Assembly (NCBI GenBank): GCA_003326205.1
Contig: LWTK01000058.1
Coordinates: 2,476-66,475, forward strand
Origin: Nostoc sp. ATCC 43529
Lineage (GTDB): Bacteria; Cyanobacteriota; Cyanobacteriia; Cyanobacteriales; Nostocaceae
Direction: 5' to 3'
Length of the DNA stretch: 64,000 nucleotides
Below are positions 20,286-29,800 of the stretch, in pieces. Below the pieces are notes generated by a model, which was not told where the DNA came from, made no database searches, and saw only the letters and a program-made list of their open reading frames with translations. Position numbers and translations under genes: made by a program. Each line of letters starts with the position of its first letter. Position 1 is the stretch's first letter.

Positions 20286-21092
20286 ATGTTTAGAAAGCGT
20301 TTTGTGATTACATCGGGTGATGCTCGTGTAGGTAAGTCCACAGCTTCTAGGCTCTTACTAGAGTTGTACTTGAAAAATAAACTCAATGTGCGTGTTTTCT
20401 ACCACGGGCATCGCAATAAGCTATCGATGTATCAAACACAACGCTTTGAGATAAACCATTTGGGATTCTCTAGAGGTGATTCTGATAGGTTATTACTCGA
20501 CTTAGAAATGTTTCCGAAAATTGAAGTGATTTTGACTGATATGCCAGGTCAAAACCTCCGAGAATTCAAGTTTTTTGAGAGGGATGTTTCACTGATAGAA
20601 AACCTTAATTGTCTGGGATATCGTGTTACTTTCTTGCACCCGATATCACACCGTAAAGACTGTGTTGAAGATTATCTTCAGGATTTATATCAGCATTTTG
20701 GTAGTCAGGTTGATTATGCTGTTATCCAAAATCATTACTTTGGCAAGCAATTTAGACACTATGAGGGGAGTCAATTCCAAGCTGATATTAAAAAATTAAA
20801 CGGCTTGGAACTAGTTTTAGGTGGATTGCATAATGACTTTTACCAGTTGCTTGAGGATGCTAGTTTACCTTATACTCAACTGATTGAAACTAACTCTCCT
20901 CTTAATACTATTCAGCGTTCGATAGTATTCAACTGGATGGAGAATTTTCATAACTCTATTGTTTCTAATGGAATAGCTTCTAATTATCTAGGGTTGAGTA
21001 TCAACTGTGCAGAATTAGTTTCTCCGGGTGTAAGTAAACAAAGTCCTTCCAATCTTGATGTAACTGAAGATGTTGAATCTGAGAAATGGTAA
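20286..21092 (+). CDS. Second TraL/MobD-like paralog with a degenerate Walker A
   Basis: ITSGDARVGKST lacks the signature Lys-Gly-Gly; LTDMPGQ and YAVIQNHYFG parallel the upstream paralog. Confidence 0.62.
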   Translation: MFRKRFVITSGDARVGKSTASRLLLELYLKNKLNVRVFYHGHRNKLSMYQTQRFEINHLGFSRGDSDRLLLDLEMFPKIEVILTDMPGQNLREFKFFERDVSLIENLNCLGYRVTFLHPISHRKDCVEDYLQDLYQHFGSQVDYAVIQNHYFGKQFRHYEGSQFQADIKKLNGLELVLGGLHNDFYQLLEDASLPYTQLIETNSPLNTIQRSIVFNWMENFHNSIVSNGIASNYLGLSINCAELVSPGVSKQSPSNLDVTEDVESEKW

Positions 21093-21147
21093 GTATTTGC
21101 TTTACCAAATTAACCGTGAGATTTAAAATTGACTATTTAAACAACCT

Positions 21148-21768
21148 ATGACCAATATTGCAAAAGTTGTTGAAAAAGTTGTTGCAGAATATTCTGAAGA
21201 AAAAAAAGCAGAGGTTACTGATTGGATACTTAAATTGGGTATTCGGCCTGATGACCCCTTGTTTAACCTATATGCGGAACTGGGTACAACTCAGTTTGCG
21301 TTGCAGCAGCTACCAGGTAGGCTTGACTCCCTTGTGGTGGGTTGGACTGACATGGTAGACGATAAGCTTAATAGTGCTTCTAAGGTGGCTATACACCAAC
21401 AAAAAAGTGCGATCGCAGAAGCGGCGAAGGATTTAGTTAAGATGACTAAGCAAGCTGGTGGGATTTTGCCTCACTTCGGTGTAAGTAATTGGCGATTGGC
21501 ACAAGTGGCCGGGGTATTGGGTTTTGTACTGGCTTTAGGCGCTGCAATTGGTGTTTTTACATACAAGACTATCGCTGGAAGTGTAACTTTTCAGCAGGCG
21601 GCTTCTGGATCTGCCATCTTACAATCTGAAGATAAAAAGCTTCTAGATTGGGCTAAATCCAATGAAGGTAAGATAGCACGTAGTATTTATGTTAGAAACG
21701 CCGCCATCATTAAAACTTGCCGCCAGCAGAAAAAGTATTCAGGTGGCTGCATAATTGCAGTTGATTAA
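21148..21768 (+). CDS. DUF6753-like membrane protein (TraM/MobE position)
   Basis: LGIRPDDPLF motif, a coiled-coil region and one TM helix. It follows the TraL-like pair. Confidence 0.55.
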   Translation: MTNIAKVVEKVVAEYSEEKKAEVTDWILKLGIRPDDPLFNLYAELGTTQFALQQLPGRLDSLVVGWTDMVDDKLNSASKVAIHQQKSAIAEAAKDLVKMTKQAGGILPHFGVSNWRLAQVAGVLGFVLALGAAIGVFTYKTIAGSVTFQQAASGSAILQSEDKKLLDWAKSNEGKIARSIYVRNAAIIKTCRQQKKYSGGCIIAVD

Positions 21769-21772
21769 TTTT

Positions 21773-22561
21773 TTAGGCAACCCAGCCTTTGTATCCCTTA
21801 TTACTCGTTTTAGCTGTATCTTTTTGACTTTTTTGGTTTGTTTTGACTCTTGTGTGGGTTTCTTGAGTAACTTCTTCTTCGATTTTCATGTCTGTAAAGC
21901 TGAGGATTCCCAGGCGGATTGCTTCGCGGATAGCGTTTAACCTATCTTTGACTCCTAGCTTTATAAATGAATTATGTAGATATGACCTTACTGTACCTTC
22001 TGAAACATACATGACATTGGCAATTTCATTATTTTTCATGCCTCCGGCAGCTAATTGAAGAACTGTGATTTCTTTATTAGAGAAATCACTTAGCAAATCT
22101 AGTGCATTTCTATCGGGTGTGTCATTTGACCTGAGACTATCAATCAGAATACGATTAATAGTTGGGTCAATCCATGATTCATTATTGTACGCAGCCATTA
22201 CTGCTTCAACGAATCTTTCTCCTACTTCTTCTCTAACGCTATTTTTAGCGTAGTAGCAGTCTGCGCCATTACTAATTGCTGCGTTAATGGTATCTCGGCT
22301 GCTATTTGCAGTCATAACCACAATTCTAATTGATGCGTGTTTGGATTTAATTGTGCTTATTACATCAATGCCATCGATATCCGGTAAATCAATATTTATG
22401 ATTACGATATCTGGCTTTTCTTTGTCAACAATTTCTATTCCTTGTTTTCCGTATTTGGCAACGCCACAGACTTGGATTGCACCAGTTTCAGATAATATTG
22501 TTGCCGCGCCAATCCTAGATATGTTCTCATTTTCAATGATGACAACATTAATAGGTTTCAT
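21773..22561 (-). CDS. NarL/LuxR-type response regulator with an atypical receiver
   Basis: Receiver fold plus C-terminal FSNKEITVLQLAAGGMKNNEIA...SEGTVRSYL HTH. The phospho-acceptor position reads N (PDIVIINIDLP). Confidence 0.85.
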   Translation of the reverse strand: MKPINVVIIENENISRIGAATILSETGAIQVCGVAKYGKQGIEIVDKEKPDIVIINIDLPDIDGIDVISTIKSKHASIRIVVMTANSSRDTINAAISNGADCYYAKNSVREEVGERFVEAVMAAYNNESWIDPTINRILIDSLRSNDTPDRNALDLLSDFSNKEITVLQLAAGGMKNNEIANVMYVSEGTVRSYLHNSFIKLGVKDRLNAIREAIRLGILSFTDMKIEEEVTQETHTRVKTNQKSQKDTAKTSNKGYKGWVA

Positions 22562-22819
22562 ATTATATGCTTTTTTGGTTTGGTATTGTCCCTGATAATA
22601 ATACTTATAGCACTTAGCTTTTTTAGAATTTTTAATCTTTACAATTACTATAAAATAATTAGCTTATTTAAAATCTTTATTATTATTTGTAAAAATTTTA
22701 CAAAGTAATTGGGTGGTTTATATAGTTTTCATTAAGCAATCTATTTACTAGATGATTTTATTTATCAGTACTGGTTTTAATAGTTATTAGCGAATTGATG
22801 GAGGAATAAATAATTTTTT

Positions 22820-23065
22820 ATGAAGAGCGATAAAATTTTAGGATGGATAGAAACGATTGTTGTTTGGTCTTTAATGGGGATGCTATGTTTGGTCGGGTTA
22901 GGCAGATTGCCTGTTAACCCGACGAGTTTGTTTGACTTTACTGCGTCTTTTTACTATTTTGCTGTTGTGGTTGTTATTTGTCCAAAGACTCCACTGAGTT
23001 TTAATAAAAAGCTGATTTTTGGATTTATAGCTTTTATGTATGGTGTGTGGTTTGGGTTGATTTAA
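22820..23065 (+). CDS. Small membrane hypothetical protein
   Basis: 81 aa with three hydrophobic segments; GGAGG RBS-like sequence upstream. Confidence 0.5.
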   Translation: MKSDKILGWIETIVVWSLMGMLCLVGLGRLPVNPTSLFDFTASFYYFAVVVVICPKTPLSFNKKLIFGFIAFMYGVWFGLI

Positions 23066-23832
23066 TCTAGCTCTTTAGCAGAATCCTGGTTTTTGAATTT
23101 TTTTTGACTCTGTTCACGGCGTGCTTGTTGCTCATTGAACAGAGTCTTGAAACGTTGAAATTCCTCTTTGGTGAGATTATTAATGGTGATAGAGTACTCT
23201 TCTGAGTTATTGTCACAAGATGCCAAGAGTACTTCTCGACTTTGTTCGGAATCAGGCCAATTTCTATCAAGGCTAAGAGTTTGCGAATCTTCTTCTAATT
23301 TTAGACTTGCGGTATATTCTTCACTTTCATAAATAATACCTTGTGTCTCTTTATCTGATTTTCCCAATATATCTAAGCGGTCTAAAATTATAGGAATAAC
23401 AAACTGTCTAATTTGAAAATCTGCGGTAAGAGATTGTACTTTGTCTTCTGGAGTTTCTTCTACTGGTTTGCCATTATTGTCGTCATTTTTAGTTGTGAGA
23501 TTTTTTAGAATCTCTGGTTCAATTGTATTTTCTTTAGACTGGTTTACTTCGGGTTGTAAAGATAGTTTTTGACTAACTGAATTAACAGAAATGATAGGTT
23601 CAATTTCTGTCGAGCTTAACTTTACTTCCTCTTGCGCTATTTCACTGATTCTATTCATTTCTGAATTTAAGTTTAACACAGCCTGTTTTCGTTCCTCAGC
23701 AGTTGGAGGCTTTTTTGCAGATTCTTCAAATTTATCATCAGGGATGTTAAGCTGTTTGATCAATTCTCTGAGGAGACTGGCTTGCATAGCCGGAGTTAAA
23801 CCTTCTACTGGAAGTTCGATTAGTTCTTTCAT
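23062..23832 (-). CDS. Hypothetical protein, likely co-transcribed with the giant ORF
   Basis: 256-aa ORF starting 8 bp after the stop of 23840..31714. Confidence 0.65.
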   Translation of the reverse strand: MKELIELPVEGLTPAMQASLLRELIKQLNIPDDKFEESAKKPPTAEERKQAVLNLNSEMNRISEIAQEEVKLSSTEIEPIISVNSVSQKLSLQPEVNQSKENTIEPEILKNLTTKNDDNNGKPVEETPEDKVQSLTADFQIRQFVIPIILDRLDILGKSDKETQGIIYESEEYTASLKLEEDSQTLSLDRNWPDSEQSREVLLASCDNNSEEYSITINNLTKEEFQRFKTLFNEQQARREQSQKKFKNQDSAKELD

Positions 23833-23839
23833 GCTAAAA

Positions 23840-26800
23840 TTACCTCTCCACTAAATCTTTTTTGACATTTTTGAGAGCATTATCGATACGGGAATTCATG
23901 AGTTGAAAGTCCTGTAATGTTTCATCACTAATGTTACTTACTTGGGTTCTTCCTTCTTTGACATATAATAATATGTTGTCATTTTTATCTTTAACTAAGT
24001 AAATTTTGTCTTGAACTTTTGTAGCAATTTGGTATTTTTCTGTTTGTACTGACATAATGCCATTGATATCTTCCTGTCCAATGATTTTAACTAAACTTTG
24101 GGAAAGACTGGTCATTTCATTAATTTTTTCTAGCTCCTTAATATCTTGCTCCATTGCCTTAAAAGCGTTCTCAAGACTGATATTTTCTTTGATGTATAAA
24201 TCAGTTACCTCCTGAATTCTATTGAGATATGTTTCTGATTTACCGAGCTTTTCAGCTGCTACATACCAGTCTTGAAGATTTTGCACTGTATTAGCTTTCA
24301 TCCGCTCGATAATGCTATCCATCGCTCCAAACTGCTGTATTCTGGGTTGAGAAGGTGATGCAAGTGCTTGGTCAATATTTGGTTGTTGGCTTTGTTGTGG
24401 AGATAAAATGCTCTTGTCATTAGTAATAAATGGGTTATGTGATACTTGTGTATTGGAAGAAATAGTGTTGATATTAATTTTGATATTTTCTATAGGATTA
24501 AATACAGCGTATCCTTGGGAAGTTTGTTCTACTTTGTAGCCTTTTTCTTGAAGATAATTTTCAACTAATTGATCAGTTCCTTGTGCGTTTCCGACTATGA
24601 AAGAGCTTTTGGCTTCTATTGCCTTATTAAGTAACCGTTTGTAATGATTTTCAAAAGTTTGGGCGATTTGCTCGCTTGTCACTCCGCGCCACGGGCCAGA
24701 TCCGGATACCATAATGATGTCGTCTTTTGAGTAATTTCCAGTGTTGGCGCGTTCTCCCCATGCTTGCTCGTAATTCCGAGTGCTTGAAGGTGTTTCGGGG
24801 GGCGCAGCTGATTTACCGATAAACTGGGTAGCTATTTGTGCCATCGCAATATCTTTTTTCATGTGTTCAGCGACGGCGGCGTTTATCGGTTCGAGTTGGG
24901 ATAGTGGATTTGTCAGCGGGCGATCAGTCTGTTCGGACTTTTCCTGCTGGGTTTGTACTGTAGTTTGTTGTGACTTTTCAACTACATTGATATATGCTTC
25001 GCTGAGGGCTTGAATAAATGCGGATTCTTTACCTTTACCTTCCCACCTTTTATCCTGGGCGTTAGTTATGTTGGTGAGGCAGTGCGTTGTGGAGGACAGT
25101 CGCGTGGGCGGGTTTCCCGACTTGAGCCAACTGTCCGTTGGGGTTCCCCCCGTTGTAGCAACTGCCGTACAGTTTTCCAGCCACTCAGTTCCTCCGCGTT
25201 TAGCGATCGCCTCAGTTAGCCGCGGGTGTTGTTCGAGTTTAGCCTGAAGCACTTCTACCATTAGCTTGTATTCATCAGCCGATGGATGCAACTGCTTTTG
25301 GTGGTTAAATGCGTGTTCGGCGGATGCGTATGCTACTCCTTCAGGTTTTTGGACATGGTTCTCTACTCCATACTGTCCGGCGGGAGCTTCTGGATTATTA
25401 TTGACTGAAACTTGGTAATCGTTTTGTAGCTTGCCTTGTTCTTTTGCGAGTGCAGTAGCAAGACTGAGTGCTACTCCAAGCCCATCTTTGGAGTCAGGAC
25501 TGATATTTACTGGAGTTGCAGGTTGTTTTTGAATGGCTGGGAATGGAACAACTTTGCCATTGACATAATCCCCTAGCGGCTCCATGAATAAGCCATATAG
25601 CTGACTCTTACTCGCCTGGGTTTGGGTAAGTTCTTTCGGTGAATGCTTTTCCCATTTCGCCCACGCTTGCTGGTAACTTGGATCTTGAATCATTTCGGGG
25701 GTAATTTTGTATTGCTTACCCACCCGGAAAGCAACTTGCTCGCCGTTTTTACCTTGAGCGATCGCAATATCTCCCTCTTTGACACCATAAGTTTTGTGGT
25801 AGTCTACACCTCGGGTAGTGTGTATTCTACCGTGTCCCCGCATGGCATCGATAGTTGTATCAGCTGGTACTTTGGAAGGTTCGCCGTGCAGATGCAGCGA
25901 ATAAACCATTGGTACTGGTTTTCCAGATATAGTCGGGTTGTCTGGAATCTCAGGGTTAGCAGCGCGTGCGGCAGTGGAATTCCCGATGGCGATAATTTCT
26001 TCTACAGTTGGTTGGTTTAAAGGGTGTGAGGGTATGTTTCGGGTGGCTTCTCTGAGGCTGGTATAACTGCGCTCTACTTTAATTTCTCCCCCAGGTGTCC
26101 ACTCGTTAGTTTTGATGGTGAGGTCGCTGTTGCTTTGGACTATCGCACGAGGAGGTTGGTTTGAGGCGAGGAAGTTCTCAAATTTTTGGCGAACGCTGTT
26201 TTCTCTGCCCAGGTCATTTTTAATTGACCAGATGTTGATAGACCATCTGCCAGCCTCAGTATTGAGGGCAGCGTGTTCGTTCTTGCAGTTAAAGCGCGTT
26301 ACAGTACCGGACTCAAGTTTAAACTCTTGGTATTGTGCGTCCTGATTCTCCTCCCTAGTCCATGCCATTCGTTCCTTAGCGGCGCGATATCCCCAATCAG
26401 AATTTCCGATATTAATGCTGCGGGCTTCCGTTGTGGCATAGGAGTCATCGCGGTGGTAGTTGATGCCAGTGCCGGGGTTCTCGGAGTAAGTGACCAGCAC
26501 AATATCAGCATCAGGATATACTTGCTTGACAAGTTCCATTAACTTGTCGTCTTGTATCCCTGGCTTGAAGTCTTTATCCTTCAAATCCCATTTTGCACCG
26601 ACCCATGCGACTTGTCTTAGTAGTGCGTAGTTGGATTTATCGTTTTCAAGTATAGGTTTGAGGTGGGTTTCAAGGTGCGATCGCAATTGTTCTACTTTTT
26701 CCTCGCTTATCTTACCCAATATTTCGACAGCTTTGGTTTGATCGGCTTGACGCGAGTTTGGTAGTAATATTGCTTGGTTTTTAGTTTCTATTTTCGTTTT

Positions 26801-29800
26801 TTTTGATACTTGTACTTCAACTGAGTTTTGATAAATTTGTGAAATTCCTGCAACTGTGGCATTAATACCTGATTGAATGTTAGTTATATTCTTTTCTGGT
26901 ACAGCTTTTGCAGGAATAATTAGTACTGGAGAATCTTCTTGATTAAGCTCTCTGGGACGGTTAGGTAGTGCTTGTAGAGCTTTTTTGTACTCACTATTTT
27001 CTGGAATTTGGTTTAATTCTAAACGACTACCTTCAGTCGCAATTTTTTGATTTAACTCTGCACTAAGCTGTTCATAGTGGTAAAATCCCTCAACTTCACC
27101 GATATTAATCGGTTCTCCAAGTAAACTATTTAATTCTTCGTTTATTTTTTCACTAATCTCATTTTTATTAAAAATAAATGTAGCTGTGTTACTCTCAATA
27201 AAATAATGATTTTCAGTAGATTTTGATTCTAGCCAAGTAGTTACAGCGATCGCGTCTTGTGCGGGAACAACTAATCCGAGAGCTTCTTTAGTTTCTATCT
27301 GCGATCCATCTGGAGAACTATATTGTTGGTTTGGGTTATAAAAATATACAGTTTGTTCTGGAATAATTGGAGTGGGTTGTGATGATGTATTTGCACTCTT
27401 GATATTACCACCAGCCCGGTCAATAAATGTTTGTTTTAATTCGCCACTCATGGTACTTTCATCGAGTACGAATACACTCATACCTTTTTTGGCTTCTAAC
27501 CGAGCTTGTGATCCGGTAAGCTGTTCGTATGATACTCCTACTTTTTCTAGATACTTTTTAGTTTTGTCGGCTATATTTTCGTCAACTGCTAATCCTAAAA
27601 GCCCTACTAATTTTTGTTCTTTATCTTGGAATATGATTGTAGGACGTTCATTAATTTTACCGAGTATTTGGTTACGTTTTTCTTGCTGTTCGTTTCTGAC
27701 AGACTTCTCATTACTGATAAGCTGACTGCGCTTAACCCATTTGTCGGGATACTCTACTGTTTCTGGATTAATAGTTATTTTACAGGTACTTTCATTACTG
27801 GTAATCTGTACAGGGATAGTAGTTCGTTGTTGGTTTAAGCGAATAATACCCGTATCAATTAGTTTTTGTACAGTGCTACTTTCTTTCCTTTGCCACTGTC
27901 TTTGTACATTCTCTCTATTTAACTCGGTTTCAAGGCGTTCACTATGCTGACCAATAATACCGAGTGATTGATCGCCAATTTTAGCAATATAAACGTGCTT
28001 TTTATCAAATGCCCGAACTAAAGTTTCTTTAAATGCTTGGTTGCTAATCTCCTGTTTTTTGTACTTTGGATTAGTAATATTAATTCGTAAAAAGTTTCCC
28101 TTAGATGTCTCTGCTATTGCATAGGCATTTTGTCCGGTGATGATGGTTTGAATTTTAAGCTGTAACTGTTGCCCATTACCGGGTTTTTCTGCTAGCCAAC
28201 CTTCAGCAATACCCTCTTTAATTGATTCCTTATCAATGTTGCCTAATTTCTCAGGTTTATTACCATTTTGAAGATAAATGCTATAGTCTTCCCGAATAAG
28301 GTCAACCTTTTCGATTGTTAACATTACAGGCTCATTATTGAACCTTTGGGAATTTCCAAACTTATTAACTTCACCTACTTTAAAGGTAAGTTCTGGAAGT
28401 CCGGGTACTTTGGTTGTAATAGAGGTGGTATATACTTCACCTTTTTCAACGCTGGCAATAGCAACACTACCAATTGGTAGTCTGGCGTTACTTTGTTCTA
28501 TATTTCCAAATGTTTCGTAATTACCTTCCTGGTTCTGGAGTTCAATGACACTTTTTCCATCTTCAGCTAGATTAAATCGAATATTTTGAGGTTTATTTTC
28601 ATGAAATAATTCACTACTCCTGTCGAAGCCAGTGATACTAAACTCGTTAAATCTGAGTGTGTCTAACTGACTGATAATCTCTTCAGAAAAGGCAGCAAAG
28701 GCGAAATTAGAAACTTTCTTTTGGTAATCGCTACTTTTATCACTACTACTCTCACGAGTAGTTGATACTGCCCAGGTAGCAGCTGCCATTGCTAGCTTTT
28801 GTCCTTCTGGAATTGAATTGTAAAATTCTTCTGCTATCTGGTAGGCTTTTTGGTAAAGAAGTTTAATTTGACCTTCGCTTAGTTCAGCTTGGAAGGCTAT
28901 TCTGTTAGACGTTACTTCCTGTCCAAGTCCAATTCCTATCTCTTCGGCTTTATTTTCTTGCTCCTTAGCAAGTGTTCCTAATGCCCTAAACTTGGGTTTG
29001 TTGTTCTCAGTTTCATCGTTAATTTGGGCATAAACTAGATATTTATGTGGGCGGTTACTGTTGCGCTTGTCTTCAGATATTTCTGATAGCTTGATTGTAA
29101 TTTTATTAGCTTTCCAGATAAATTCGTTGTCATACTGTAAAAGGTTAGTTACACTTACTTGATTGCCGTTAGCAAGGGTAATATTTGCAGACGGCCCTTT
29201 TTCAGTTTCTCTTTGTCTAGATAGCTGACTCGCTTGGTTAAAGGATTTGTCGAATTCTTTTTTGACAAGAGTAGCTATTAATCGCTGTTCGTTAGAAAAC
29301 TCGACACCTTTAAATAAAGCTTGAAATTGGGCGATTTCACGCGATTCGAGACGAGCTTTTTCAAAATACTGGTTGGTTTGAGCAATTAGTAATTCAACAG
29401 GCGAGTATCCCGTGGGTTGAATTGTATTGTCAATATAAACGTCTTTCTTCTTATCCTTAATATAGTTAACCTCCCGGTGGAGAATCCGATTGTTGTTGCG
29501 GATAATTTCCATTTCGGGTTTTTTGGCACTTTTGAAGAGGTCAACTGCAATTTGGTTTTGAAATGCTGCCTCGGCAATCATTTCGCGGTATATCTTGATG
29601 TTAGTATTCATTGCCACCAGTGCATTGACCTGGTTTAGGGATTCTTGCTGAACAGTTTTGATAAACTCTTCCATGTAACCGCGATACTTGGTCGGAATCT
29701 CCTTCCCTTCAATACCCTTGGATTTTGCCCAGGCTTCTGTTTTAAATAAATCTTCGTAGTGTTTGGCTACCTGCTGTACGTACTCAATTTGGTCTTTTTC

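Noticed and set aside
22592-22606. Zur/Fur-like box (TGATAATAATACTTA)
   Set aside because: Only a half-site match in very AT-rich DNA, which is expected by chance.
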